Assembly (NCBI RefSeq): GCF_963921235.1
Contig: NC_086107.1
Location: 108,130,001 to 108,194,000, forward strand
Reading direction: 5' to 3'
DNA: 64,000 nucleotides
Source of the DNA: Mobula hypostoma
Taxonomy: Eukaryota
How positions within the stretch are numbered: position 1 is the stretch's first letter; each line of letters opens with the position of its first letter. The position numbers and the translations under genes are program-made. The notes under the pieces were generated by a model. The model searched no databases. It saw only the letters and a program-made list of their open reading frames with translations, and was not told where the DNA came from. Of the stretch, positions 12,195-24,910 are shown piece by piece.

Positions 12195-12910
12195 TTACTT
12201 TACGTCACTTTATTGTCGCCAAGAGCATACAGTCATCACAGCGATATTTGATTCTGCGCTTCCCGCTCCCTGGATTACAAATCGATAGTAAATATTAAAA
12301 ATTTAAATTATAAATCATAAATAGAAAATAGAAAAGGGAAAGTAAGGTAGTGCAAAAAAACCGAGAGGCAGGTCAGGATATTTGGAGGGTACGGCCCAGA
12401 TCCGGGTCAGGATCCGTTCAGCAGTCTTATCACAGTTGGAAAGAAACTGTTCCCAAATCTGGCCGTAAGAGTCTCCAAGCTCCTGAGCCTTCTCCCGGAG
12501 GGAAGAGGGACGAAAACTGCGTTGGCTGGGTGGGTCGTGTCCTTGATTATCCTGGCAGCACTGCTCCGACAGCGTGCGGTGTAAAGTGAGTCCACAGACG
12601 GAAGATTGGTTTGTGTGATGTGCTGCGCTGTGTTCACGATCTTCTGCAGCTTCTTCCGGTCTTGGACAGGACATCTTCTATACCAGGTTGCGATGCACCC
12701 TAGAAGAATGCTTTCTACGGTGCATCTATAAAAATTAGTGAGCGTTTTAGGGGACAGTCAAATTTCTTTGGCTTTCTCAGGAAGTAAAGGCGCTGGTGGG
12801 CCTTCTTGGCAGTGGTCTCTGCTTGGTTGGACCAAGTCAGGTCACTTGTGATATTGACCCCGAGGAACTTAAAGCTTTTGACCTGTTCCACTAGCGCACC
12901 ACCGATGTAA
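12195..12910 (-). mobile_element. Young Rex1/Babar LINE 3' end
   Basis: ORF ...IIKDTTHPANAVFVPLPSGRRLRSL...FFPTVIRLLNGS; nearly identical to 40160-40703. Confidence 0.88.
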
Positions 12911-13431
12911 ACATTGTCAAAGTCAAAGAAAATTTTATTATCAATGTACTTATATGTTACCCTACACTAACCTGAGATTTATTTTCTTGCAGGCATTTAC
13001 AGAAAAATAAATACAATAGAATTTATGAAAAAAACATACATAAACTAAGACTGACAAACAACCGGTGAAAATAAAAAAGAAATAATGCTGAGAATGAGTT
13101 GCAGAACCCTTGAAAGTGAGTCCACAGGGTGCTGCGCAGAAGGATCCTAAATATTGTGGTAATGGCCAGGTAATATGTGTTAGCAAACAATTTAATGGAT
13201 AAAAATTTGCCCCAGCAGACCAGAGTAAAGGTAATAAAATAACTGAGGGAGAGAATTGATGATGAGAGTGAGCCAGCAAGGACTGTAAGAACAGTCAGAG
13301 CTTCTACGAGTATATATGATGAAAGTAAGCAGTTAAGGCAAATATTACCGAAGGACTGGGAAAATAAGGAGGTAATCAGGGATACTTGATTTCACAATCT
13401 ACCTCGTTATGCTCTTGCTACTCTTTGCCAT

Positions 13432-13620
13432 AGCTGGCTGGTGGCATAGTAGCTCTCGTACTGGACTTCGAGGCGAGTGGTCTCGCGTTCGAACTGGCCG
13501 GTCCTTGCACACTTTCTATCCGTGCTGGGTTGACCATCGAGATGGCAACTCGGCTTTGTGGAAAAAAAAACCAACAATGTTGCCGCTCGATCTGCCTCAA
13601 GGCGCAGAGAGGCACTGCAC
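13432..13620 (+). mobile_element. tRNA-derived SINE
   Basis: A-box-like tggcatagtag and B-box-like gttcgaact; same family at 13755-13947 (-), 31877-32070 (+) and 42590-42725 (-). Confidence 0.75.
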
Positions 13621-13754
13621 GCTTTCTGTAACAGTGACACTTCACTCCACATTCTGCTTTTGCTTCTTTCTTGTACCACCTCAGAGCACTTATGTGATGA
13701 AGTGACCCCTGCGGGATGAATGCAAAGCAAAGTTTTTTAGTCTACCTCAGTGCC

Positions 13755-13947
13755 TTGTTCTTTTCCGTGCCTTGTGGCACATGGGGTAGCAGCCATTTCT
13801 TTAGCATTTTTGCTTTTTATGAGGCCGATTTGCTAGCTTGACGCTCCGCCCAGTACGGATCAAGAGTGTGCAAGGAGCCAGCTGGATTCGAACCGGGGAC
13901 CATTGGCCTCGAAGTCTGGTGCGGATGCCACTACGCCACCACCCGGC
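13755..13947 (-). mobile_element. tRNA-derived SINE, inverted partner of 13432-13620
   Basis: Minus strand reads ggtggcgtagtggcatc...ggttcgaatcc. Confidence 0.75.
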
Positions 13948-14339
13948 AACTTCAGTGCATGTGACAGATTGTCAACCGATCGGCCAATTCTTGATTTACC
14001 AAATGAAGGCACAGCGAAGAAGGTGTTCGAGCTGTTGCCTATGAATTCCAGCTTCGGGCTTTGCTATCTGTGCAGAAGTTGCCTGGTCTGCTGATGAATC
14101 TGTGGGATTCCTCTGGCTGCTCCAGTTTCCTCCCACATTCCAAAGACATTGTAGGTTACCCCTCAGTATAGGTGAGTTGTAGAATCTGCAGAGGAGAGGG
14201 GCTGGAGATGATGGAGGAGAGGGGAATGTGAGAATAGATATTGTGTAAAATAGATGTTTGATGACTGACAACGACTCCATGAGCTGAAAGGTCTCTTTTT
14301 GTGCTGAGTATCTCTGTGGATCGTCTCCACAATGATCTC

Positions 14340-14640
14340 CACGCATTCCTTGTCATGGTGAAGAGGCTGAGATCCCATCAGCTATGCCATCTGGCATCTA
14401 GCTCCTGGTAGGGACAAAGGGGAGGACACAGACAAAGAGCGATCCAACCAAGACTTCAGCAGTGGAGATGGCAGAAGATGATGGCACATCACAATGGCGG
14501 TGAAGCTGGAGGAAGGCTGCAGCAGATAAAGGTCCCCAGTCATCTTGCATTCCATGCCCCTGGATGCTGACCACAATTTATCAAAGACTGTGTGGAGGCT
14601 GCCTGTGCATCAGCCTCCCAACGTTAAACAAAGTCATACA
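14340..14640 (+). mobile_element. RTE (Expander/Rex3-like) 5'-derived non-autonomous element
   Basis: ccttgtcatggtgaagaggct...agctcctggtaggg...cagacaaagagcgatccaacc; related copies at ~25780-26160 and ~63145-63440. Confidence 0.6.
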
Positions 14641-15054
14641 CAGAAGTTCTCCATGAGGAGGATAATAGACAACCCCTCAGGCAAACATTATACTTGATTC
14701 GAGTGATCGCCCTGCTTCTATAACTCATCCTTCTTCTCAGCAGAACCAGCCAAGACTTCAGCACTGGAGTTGGTGGAACGTCAAAGGCTTGGAGGGGATC
14801 ATGGATTTTAATCATTCACAAATACTAAAGGTACTAGACAAATTAACGGACTACAGGCTCTCTCATGTATTCTGTGTCAGATGGATTGCACACGAGGGTT
14901 ATGAGGGACAAAGCAGGAGTGTAGGCAATCATCAGCCTTAAACTTAAAAAGTCTGTAGATGCTGGAATTCCAAAGGATGGATCATCACCCATCGTCCTTC
15001 AAGACAGATGGATGCCAACAGCAATACATTGCATTAATCCTTTTCCCACTGAGA

Positions 15055-15432
15055 AACACACAGAAAATGCTGGAGGAGCTCAGCAGGCCAGGCAGCATAA
15101 ATGGAAATGAATAAACAGTCGACATTTCGAGCCGAGACCCTTTCTTCAGAACTTGAAAGGAAGGAGAAAGACGATAGAATAAAAAGGTGGAGGGAGGGGA
15201 AAGAGGATAGCCGGTGGGAAAGGTCAGGGGCTGGAGAAGAATGAACCTGATAGGGGAGGAGAGTGGACCATAGGAGAAAGGGAAGGAGAAGAGGAGACAG
15301 GGGGAAGTAATAGGTAGGTAAGAAGAGGTAAAAGGCCAGAGTGTGGAATAGAAGGAGGGGGAGTGGTGGAACTTTTTACTGGAAGGAAAAAATCGACATT
15401 CATGCCATCAGGTTGGAGGCTACTCAGATGTG
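15055..15432 (-). mobile_element. Penelope-like terminal fragment
   Basis: aaaatgctggaggagctcagcaggccaggcagcat...gacatttcgagccgagaccc...catgccatcaggttggaggctac. Confidence 0.8.
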
Positions 15433-15634
15433 AACTCCTCCCAGAGGGGAGCGGCTAATGAGTGGCACAGGATTAACCCATTAACTACCACAACGGTTCT
15501 GCTTTGTTCCTTGCTGTGGACCATTTTGTTGTGTTCGATGTTGTTCTGCTGAGCACGGCGGGCATGCTACATTGGCGCCAGAATGTGTGGCGATGTTTGC
15601 GGGCTGCCCCCAGCACATCCTTGGGTGTGTTGGT

Positions 15635-16267
15635 TAGATTAGATTAGATTATGAGGACACGCAGTCCTCTTTTATTGTCATTTAGTAATGCATGCATTAA
15701 GAAATGATACAATATTCCTCCGGTGTGATATCACAGAAACACAGGACAGACCAAGACTGAAAAACTAAGAAAAACCACATAATTATAACATATAGTTACA
15801 ACAGTGCAACAATACCATAACTTGATGAAGAACAGGCCATGGCACAGTAAAAAAGTTCAAAGTCTCTCGAAAGTCCCACATCTCACGCAGACAGGAGAAG
15901 GAAGAAAACTCTCCCTGCCATGCCCGACCACAGTCTGACTCTGAGTCGTCCGAAAACTTTTGAGCCTCCGATCAGCCCTCCGACACCGCGTACCGAGCAC
16001 CATCTCTGCCAAACGCTTTGACTTCAGCCTCAGTCGCCAGCAGCAGGCAAAGCCGGGGATTTTGGGGCCTTCCCTCCGGAGATTCTCGATTGCACAGTAG
16101 CAGCGGCAGCGAACCGGGCATTTCAGAAATTTCTCCAGATGTTCCTCTGCTTCTCACATCTGTCTCCATCAAATCAGAATTGTGCACGGCGTCCTACTTA
16201 CAAATACGATATCATTTCACCGGAGAGCTGCGCGCACTGCGTCGCGCCGCCATCTTCTCCTCCCGCC
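15635..16267 (-). mobile_element. Non-autonomous retroelement with YY1-like head (AAGATGGCGG) and (TCTAA)n tail
   Basis: Other copies at 34045-34456 (-, internally deleted) and 27995-29543 (+, split by a CR1). Confidence 0.75.
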
Positions 16268-16599
16268 AGCAAATTATTAATGCAAATGATGATTTCACTG
16301 CATGTTTCAATGTATATGAGATAACAAATCACAACCACTTAAACACTCTGGTGCTACTCCTTTAAGCAGCATCCTTGGCAAGGCCAGCTTTTGCTGGCTA
16401 CTCTAGCGTCGCTCTGTTGGGTGGAAAAGAAATGACTACTCTCCTGCGCTGCTGTAGATCATACGGTGCTCCACAGCACCAGGCTGTCACTCTTCCCTGC
16501 GTTACCATGGTGACTTCTATCAAAAATAATTAACTGCTTGTAAAATGCTTTGTGATGTCTGGACAACATGCTGGAAGATCATTATTTAGGCACTTAGGG

Positions 16600-17357
16600 A
16601 AGTCTATGGCCATGCACATTGAAGAAGGAATAAAGGCAAGGACTATTTTCTAAACGGGGGAGCAAGTTTCGAAATCAGAGGAGCAAGGGGACTTCAGAGA
16701 TCTCACGCAGGATTCCCTAGAGGTTGACTTGCAGGCTGAATCGGTGGTAAGGAAAGCAAATGCTATGTTAGCATTCACTTCAAAAGTACTCCAATGTAAA
16801 AGCAAAGATGTAATGTTGAGGCTTTATAAACTACTGGTGAAGCCTCACTTGGAGTATTAGTAGTAGTTTTGAGCCCTGTGTCGAGGAAAGGATGTACAGG
16901 CACTGGAGAGGATCCAGAGGAGGTGCATGAGAAAGATATAGGGTTCACATATAATGAATTTTGAAGTTTGATTGGGGCTATAATCAAAGGAATTTAAAAG
17001 AATGGGGAGTCTCATTGAAAACCATCAAATATTGAAAGGCCTAGTTGAGTGTATATGTAGAGGATGTTTCCAACAGTAGAAGATTCTAGCACAAGAGGGC
17101 GGAAAAGACCTGAAGAACTTTTACCAGAAGGTGGTAAGTCTGTGGAATTCATTGCCACAGACGACTGAGGAGGCCAAGCTATTGCGTGTATTTAAAGCAG
17201 CAGACGATAGATTCTTGATTGATATGGGCGTGAAAGGTTTTGGGGAGAAGACTGGAGAACGATATTGACAGGGAAAATGTATCACCATTATGAAATGGCG
17301 GAGCAGACTTGTTGGATCAAAAGGCCTAACTCTGTTCCTATGTCTCATGGTCTTATG
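16600..17357 (+). mobile_element. CR1 LINE 3' fragment, degenerate
   Basis: ggctttataaactactggtgaagcctcacttggagta and a CR1 tail ending tcttatg. Confidence 0.85.
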
Positions 17358-17365
17358 CTCTTATG

Positions 17366-18549
17366 CAGGGGTCCCCAACCTTTTTTGCACCGCGGACTGG
17401 TTTAATATTGACAATATTCTTGTGGACCAGCCGACCGGGGGGGTGGGGTGGTAGGGTTGTCAGCGAACAACAGCAGCAGTCAAATATGTTGTGAAAGACT
17501 ACCATGACCATGAAGCCTTGCGCGGGCACCTGTGTGCGCATACATGTACGTGCCAATTTTTTTCCCTACAAATCATTTTTGGCGACTCTGTTTGGCGGGG
17601 GGGGGGGGTTAATTATGACCGGAATATAGGTAATAAGTGGCTAATACACTCAATTTCATTTCTAAAAGGGTTTATCTAATGAATTTAATATTAAACACAC
17701 AGCGCATATTTTCCTCGCATGAATATAGTGATAGGTCAATTATCAGGGGAGCTTGAAGTAAGTGTTGAACAAGCTTCCAGTAGAAGTGGTAGAGGCAGGT
17801 TTGATACTATCATTTAAAGAAAAATTAGATAGGTATATGGACAGGAAAGGAATGGAGGGTTATGGGCTGAGTGCAGGTCGGTGGGACTAGGTGAGAGTAG
17901 CGTTCGGCACGGACTAGAAGGGCAGAGATGGCCTGTTTCCGTGCTGTAATTGTTATATGGTTATATAAGTCACCTATAAGTCAATAGCATCATAACATTT
18001 TAAGTAATGTTTGGATATTAAACACACAGCACATATTTTCCCCGTATGAACATATAAAATCATTGCAACACACCAATATTGCTGAATCAGTGTGAGCCCT
18101 GGGCTTGTTTTCCTGCAACAAGACGGTGCCATCGAGGGGTGATGGGAGACAGCGATACTTGAAGGGGGTTCCTTATATCTAATCTATTCCGCAATTTAAT
18201 TTTCGTTGCATTCATTGCAGAGATATGTTGGAAATGGAAGCAACGTTTTCAGTGCTTTCATGGCTATCTCAGGATATTGAGCCTTGACTTTGATCCAGAA
18301 TGCCGGCAGAAATGTTATGTCAAACATACTTTTCAGCCCTCCGTCATCTGCAAGCTTGAGGAGTTGATCTCCTTCCCGTGGATGACATGGATGATGCGCG
18401 GGTAACGACCTCGCGTGCGTTCAAGCTCAACAGTGGGCGTGACAGGGAATGAGGAAAGGTGTAGCTGACTCATATCGTCTCCTCGCAGCCCGGTAGCACA
18501 TGCTTTGCGGCCTGGTACCGGTCCACAGCCCGGTGGTTGGGGACCGCTG
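17366..18549 (-). mobile_element. Non-autonomous hAT (Charlie-like) DNA transposon
   Basis: TIRs CAGGGGTCCCCAAC / GTTGGGGACCGCTG; 8-bp TSD ctcttatg (17358-17365) / ctcttacg (18550-18557). Confidence 0.9.
18087..18375 (-). pseudogene. hAT transposase C-terminal dimerisation-domain remnant
   Basis: Reads ...LPAFWIKVKAQYPEIAMKALKTLLPFPTYLC / MNATKIKLRNRLDIRNPLQVSLSPITPRWHRLVAGKQAQGSH* with a deletion and frameshift; Charlie/ZBED5-like. Confidence 0.85.
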
Positions 18550-19239
18550 CTCTTACGGACAGGGGATGGAATCAGAGAATTCATGTAAACGCTTTTATTA
18601 TTGAACAAGCAGTCCAGGAGTAAAACTCCTGAGATGTCACTCTGTTATCAGCCCACCCCCTCACTGCAACACACTCAAAATACTGGAGGAATTCTGCACA
18701 TTAGACAGCATCTATGGAGGGGAATGAACAGTTGATGTTTTAGGATGAGGACTGGAAAGGAAGAAGAAACCAGAATAAGAAAATCTCTCCACTGTTTTTT
18801 TAAATTACTATAATAAGGTTTGCTTGCACACAACTTAAATTCTGAAACTCATGGAACTGGAAGTGAAATAGCAGGTGACTTAATTTTCAAATTCTCCAAA
18901 TCTGTGATTCCTTAGAGGAATTTATGATCACTTAAAAACAAATCAGGATTTTAATCTTACAGGCAATAAAATATTGGATTCATTCTGTGAGTAATGGGCC
19001 ATGACCTTTATCTAGCGAGGTTTGGGAGGAACGGGAAAACTTTGCATCTTTGCTTTCTAAATCTCTCCAACACTGGGACACTGGGATCTTCCTTTTCACA
19101 ATTAGAGCAAGACTTGTAGTTACATATTCGCTCAATCTAAGGTGCACCCAATGAAGTATTTCTTTTGCAGAAGATGAAATGCAGCCGTCAACATATATAA
19201 GCTCCCAGAAACAGAGTTAATGATGTGTAGATAGACAGT

Positions 19240-19680
19240 TAGTGGCACTTTATTAGCTACCTGCTGTACTTAATAAAGTAACCACTGAGTATATGTTCAT
19301 GATCATGCTGTTTGTGCTGTAGCCCATCCACTTCAAGGTTTGATGTGTTGTGCATTCACAGATGCTCTTCTGCCCACCACTGTTGTGACACATGGTTATT
19401 TGAGTTACCGTCACCTTCCTGTCTGCTTGAACCAGTCTAGACTTTCTCCTCTGAACGTCCTGATTAACCCACAGAACTACCCACCACTCACTTGATTTTT
19501 TTTTTGTTTTTCTCGCTGATCTCTGTAAATTCTAGAGATCGTTGTGTGTGACAATCCCAGGAGATCAGCAGATTTTGAGATACTCAAACCACTCAAACTG
19601 GCGCCTACAATCAAAGTCACTTAGATCACATGTTTTTCCCATGTGATATTCGGTCTGAACAACTGAACCTCTTGACTCTA
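19240..19680 (-). mobile_element. Tc1-like DNA transposon relic
   Basis: Reverse-complement homology to 62019-62589 (aaagtcacttagatcacat; agcccatccacttcaaggtt). Confidence 0.8.
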
Positions 19681-20603
19681 TAACTTATGTTTCGATATTA
19701 TTTATTTATCTATCCATCCATCTCTCTATCTGCTTTTCTTTGTACTTGCACAGTTTGTCTTCTTTAGCACATTGGGTTGTTTGTCAATCTTTGCGTGCAG
19801 TTTTCCATTGATTCTATAAGACCATAAATATGAGAGCAGAACTAGGCCATTCGGCCCATTGAATCTGCGCCACCATTTCATCATGGCTGATCCATTTCCC
19901 TGTCAGTCCCAATCTCCTGCCTTCTCCCCATATTCCTTCATGCCTAATTCTAATACAATACAATTCTATTGTCTTTCTTTTTATCTACTGTGAATGCCCA
20001 CAAGAAAATGAATCTCAGGGTAGTATATATTGACATATAAGTACTCTGATAACAAATTTAGTTTGAACTTCGAACTTTGACTGCACAACCTTCTGATGCA
20101 GAGGGAGAAGGTTGTCGCTAATTGGCGGGCAATGATTGGAAAGGTTGATCAATAACATCCTACGTCAAGCACTACCAAGATGAAGCTGCTGAATTTATTG
20201 GGACACATTCTTCATTTACCCTCAGCTTTGATGATTTCCCAATTAGTGTTGATTGAATTACTGAACCTCAGCTCTCATATTCTGCCCTCACAGCGTCACC
20301 CCAGGTCCTAGCCGCTGAACATCAGCTGCAAGTTAACGGCAGCGTTAACCTGGTGAACCATCTGAGAATGAGTTGGAAAATTGGAGACGGAGACACAATG
20401 AGATAGCGCACCATTGGCAAGGCTAGAATTTCAGAATCACAATCAGGTTTAATATCACTGGCATATGTCATGCAATTTGTTAACTTAGCAGCAGCAGGAC
20501 AATGCAATACAAGATAAATGTAGAAAAAGAAAAAAATGTAAATCAATTACAGTATATGTAAATTTAAAATAGTACAAATCAGAAATAATATAAAAAAGTG
20601 AGC

Positions 20604-21213
20604 ACCAGGAAATCTGCAGATGCTGGAAATTCAAGCAACACACATAAAAGTTGCTGGTGAATGCAGCAGGCCAGGCAGCATCTCTAGGAAGAGGTACAGT
20701 CGACGTTTCAGGCCGAGACCCTTCGTCAGGACTAACTGAAGGAAGAGCTAGTAAGAGATTTGAGAGGGCAAGGGGGAGGGGGAGGGGGAGATCCAAAATG
20801 ATAGGAGAAGACAGGAGGGGGAGGGATGGAGCCAAGAGCTGGACAGGTGATTGGCAAAAGGGATATGAGAGGATCATGGGATAGGAGGCCCAGGGAGAAA
20901 GAAAAGGGGGAGGGGAGGAAAACCAGAGGATGGGCAAGGGCTATAGTGAGGGGGACAGAGGGAGAGAAAGGCGAGAGAGAAAAAGAATGTGCGTATATAA
21001 ATAAATAATGGATGGGGTACGAGGGGGAGGTGGAGCATTAGCGGAAGTTAGAGAAGTCAATGTTCATGCCATCAGGTTGGAGGCTACCCAGATGGAATAT
21101 AAGGTGTTGTTCCTCCAACCCGAGTGTGGCCTCATCTTTACAGTAGAGGAGGCAGTGGATAGACTCATGCCATCAGGTTGGAGGCTACCCAGATGTCATG
21201 CCATTAGGTTGGA
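20604..21213 (-). mobile_element. Penelope-like element inserted in a Rex1 3' fragment (20432-21355)
   Basis: Same terminal sequence as the 4795 arm. The host Rex1 sequence aaaaagtgag|gtagtg...gggttcaatgtccatt is split around it. Confidence 0.85.
20698..20733 (-). ncRNA. Minimal type I hammerhead ribozyme motif, intact core
   Basis: Minus strand: AGTC-CTGACGA-AGG(GTCTCGG)CCT-GAAA-C-GTC-GACT. This gives stem I AGTC/GACT, core CUGANGA and GAAA, a GUC triplet, and a loopless palindromic stem III (ACGU). Confidence 0.8.
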
Positions 21214-21747
21214 GGTAGTGTCATTGGGTTCAATGTCCATTTAAAAATCAGATGGCAGGGGGGAAGAAGCTGTTCCTGAATCATTGAGTGTGTGCCTTCA
21301 GGCTCCTGTACCTCCTTCCTGATGGTAACAATGAGAAGAGGGCATATCCTGAGTGAACTAATACTCATTCTCAGTTACCCCTGAACTATGTGGATAGGCT
21401 GACAGATCTGGAGTAACATATATGATAAAAACAGGAGAAAATCTTTTTTATTCTTTTACTCGTTAACTGTTAACTTCCCTCCGTAGATGCTGCCTGACCT
21501 GCAGAGTTCCTCCAGCATTTTGTGTGTGTGTTGATTAACATTTGTGATAGATCAGGAAAGGCTGTGCCAGGAGGGTTTTTATGTGTCTGTGTTATCCTCA
21601 GTGATCCAAGCTATTTATTCCTATTGATTTGATTAGCTGAATGTAAATTCCTCAGCTGCTACAATGGTGTCAGAATTTGTATCACTGAAAAATTATAAAT
21701 GGTACAAAATTATGGGGATATGTATAGCGTCATAGGGGTATGCACAG

Positions 21748-22335
21748 TGTCAAAATGGCCGTTGTGATGCATCTAGTGTGGTGATGTTGTGGGTAGTGCT
21801 TGTCGCTCTCATTTTCAGCTTCCACCACTGGTTAGCAGTCTCGCGAACAGGAGAGCTGAAAGTGTGAGTCTCTCCCTGCCAATACACAGCCTCTCCAACA
21901 GCAAGCCTCATGTCGTGCCTCCTCGTTGGCAACACACAGAAACTGAACTCCTTTCAGACTCAGGAGAGGTCTGGCCCCTGCACGCGTAGCACGCAGGCCC
22001 ACCGGTGTGTGGACATGCCCTGGTGCTCGTAAACCAGATCCCCAGCTAGGGGTAAGTAGCCCCATTGTTTTGTGGGCAGCCTCGGGAGAGACGAAGACTA
22101 CAGAAGTAAACCCAGACAGCAAATCTGGAATGGAGCCCGTAAGGCGACTGGATGTCATTGAACATCCTTCTGGCAGCTCCTGCTGCCAAGCTGGTGCCAA
22201 CGTATTGCTCCATAAGCTCTCCTTTAGACTACACCGCTGAGGCTGAGAGGGGGATCTTGACAATTGGGCATCTCAGGCTTCTGATGACGATCATCATCAC
22301 CCATTGTCCTTCGAGACAGATGGATACCAACAACA
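21748..22335 (+). mobile_element. RTE-related non-autonomous element
   Basis: gtaaacccagacagcaaatctggaatggagccc...; the tail cccattgtccttcgagacagatggataccaacaac is shared with 14981-15025. Family assignment is from recall only. Confidence 0.5.
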
Positions 22336-22367
22336 ATATATAGCATTAATGCTTTTCCCACCGGGTA

Positions 22368-22620
22368 ACAAAATGTTGGAGGAACTCACCAAGTCAGGCT
22401 GCATCTATGGAAATGAATAAACAGTCAATGGTTCGGGCCGAGGCCCTTCTTCAGGACTGAGAAGAAAAGGGGGAAGATGCCAGAATAAAAGGGTGAGAGG
22501 AGGGGAAGGAGTATTAGCTAGAAGGTAGTAGTGAAGCCAGGTGGACGGGAAAGGTAAAGGGCTGGAGAGGAAGGAATGTGATTGGAGAGGAGAGTGGGCC
22601 ATGGGGGAAAAGGGAAAAAC
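22368..22620 (-). mobile_element. Penelope-like terminal fragment
   Basis: Same subfamily as 15055-15432; degenerate hammerhead (GAAA>GAAC). Confidence 0.75.
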
Positions 22621-23104
22621 TCCACAAGGGAGCTTTTGTAAAAGGCAGTTTGCAGGGTGGGTAGTGTCTGCAAAGATTTCCCTGCCCGCTTCTTCTGGAC
22701 ACATACAAATCCTACAGTGATGGCGGTCTGCAGCCAGTGGCCTTTTCCGCTGACCTGACAGTTCACATTGTTTTTGTGCTGTATGTTGTGAGGGGATGTT
22801 AAACTAAACAAGACAACAATAGCTCAAGTGAGGATGTTCTCTATGATGGCGGTGAACAATAGTACCTTTATGCTCTGGGGGATAAAAATTGATACAATAG
22901 AGACTTGGGAACAATGTAATCAGCTAAGAAGTAGGCAGCTGTCTGCTCATGAGCCAGAGCATTTGGTGGGTTTGCCATCTGGATAGGTGGGAAATCGATG
23001 CTGTGTTTGTTGGGCACATGGTAGAAGGAGGAATAACCATTCGATGACAGGGAAAATGTTCCAGTAGCAGTGGGTCAATGCCATTCTTCTCCCTATCATG
23101 AAAT

Positions 23105-23870
23105 TCAGTTCACGTTATATGTCAATGACTTGAGTAATGGAATTGATGGCTTTGTGGACAGTACAAATATAGGTAGTGGAGCCAGAGGCACTGAGAAAGC
23201 TGGGGTGTGTGCAGAAGTACTTAGATAGATTGGCTGAATGGGAAAGATGTGGCAAATGGAATACAGTGTATTGAAGTATATGTAGGATATACTGGCACTG
23301 GAGACGGTCCAGGGGAGATTCACTAAAACATAGGTTTCAACCTGGGGTCTGCAGACTCATTGGTCCATGGCATGAAAAAGGTTGGGAACCCCGGTTTAGT
23401 GTCTAAACTGATCCCGTGAAATAAAGGGTTAATGTATTTGGAGCATTTGATAGCTCTGAGCCTGTACTCATTCGAGTTTAAAAGAATAGGAAGGGACTCT
23501 CATTGAGACCTATCGAATATTGAAAGGCCGAGATAGAGCCGATGTGGAGAGGATGTTTCCTGTAGTGGGGGAGTCTGTGACCAAATGGCACAGCCTCAGA
23601 GTAGAAGAGTATCCCTTTAGGACAGAAATGAGGAGGAATTTCTTTAGCCAGAGAGTGGCGAATCTGTGGAATTCATTGCCACAGACAGCTGTCATTGGAT
23701 ATATTTTAAAGCTGAAGTTGATAGGTTCTTGATTAGTAAAGGCGTCAAGGGTTACGGGGAGAAGGCAGGAGAACGCAGTTGAGAGAGATAATAAATCAGC
23801 CAGGATGGAATGGTCAAGCAGATTCAATGGGAATCCAAATGGCCTAATTCTGCTCCTATGTTTAAGGTTT
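23105..23870 (+). mobile_element. CR1 LINE fragments with a tiny hAT-like insert (~23330-23395)
   Basis: RT-region gtcaatgacttg...gatggctttgtgg and ORF 23520-23732 (FFSQRVANLWNSLP). Confidence 0.85.
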
Positions 23871-24404
23871 TATTTGTCACAAACAATAAATTCATGAGAT
23901 AAAAAAAATGCATCCAGCATGACTGTCAACACCAACGAGCTGGAACAGCAGTGAAGGTAATTTTTGAATTCGGCTGGTCTGCCTGATGTGTCAAGGATAA
24001 ATTCTGCTGTCAGAAGCTTCTGTGAATGCAGGCATGAAGAAGGCATTCTATTGTCAATGGAAGCTGATATCCTTGGGTTCTAACAGTGACTATACTTTAA
24101 AGGTATCTCACCCTTGCAATGTCTGTAAAGTCATGCAGAAATATGATTTTATTATTTTGTTGTGCTTTAGATTAGAAATGTGCCTGTGAATAATTGGGTT
24201 TTCTTGTCCTTTTGCAGTTCAGACAACACTTTATAAACAATCACTTTCTAATCATTGCTCTTCACTGCTGACCATGCTAATCCCATCAAAGTAAAACACT
24301 ATGGAATTTATCACTCAGTACTACCCCCAGTTCCAAAGTTCAAAGAAAGTTTATTATCGATGTGCGTATTTGTCACCATATACAGCCCTGAGATTCATTC
24401 TCTT

Positions 24405-24910
24405 CAAGTCAAGTCACTTTTTATTGTCATTTCGACCATAACTGCTGGTACAGTACACAGTAAAAATGAGACAACGTTTTTCAGGACCATGGTGCTACAT
24501 GAAACAATACAAAAAACTACACTGAACTACGTAACACAACACAAAAACTACACTAGACTACAGACCTACCCAGGACTGCATAAAGTGCACAAAACAGTGC
24601 AGGCATTACAGTAAATAATAAACAAGACAATAGGCACAGTAGAGGGCAGTAGGTTGGTGTCAGTCCAGGCTCTGTGTATTGAGGAGTCTGATGGCTTAGG
24701 GGAAGGAACTGTTACATAGTCTGGTCGTGAGAGCCCGAATGCTTCGGTGCCTTTTTCCAGATGGCAGAAGGGAGAAGAGTTTGTATGAGGGGTGTGTGGG
24801 GTCCTTCATAATGCTGTTTGCTTTGCGGATGCAGCGTGTGGTGTAAATGTCTGTAATGGCAGGAAGAGAGACTCCAATGATCTTCTCAGCTGACCGAACT
24901 ATCTGCTGCA
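24405..24910 (-). mobile_element. Rex1/Babar LINE 3' end
   Basis: ORF 24696-24929 (KDPTHPSYKLFSLLPSGKR) and a (cttga)n tail. Confidence 0.85.

Noticed and set aside
14000..14067. AG/GT-bounded 68-nt segment with short words resembling the missing Cav3 IIIS5 exon (GAAGCTGG, GGCAACA, GCTGTGCCTTC)
   Set aside because: Spacing and length do not fit and no frame gives the channel peptide; treated as chance.
20332..20349. GTTAACG-GCAG-CGTTAAC hairpin
   Set aside because: A 7-bp stem is expected by chance in 64 kb and there is no supporting context.
21905..21945. HDV-like ribozyme (GCC-TCCTCGT-TGGC resembles P3/L3)
   Set aside because: I could not find matching P1, P1.1 GG, P2 or J4/2 elements.
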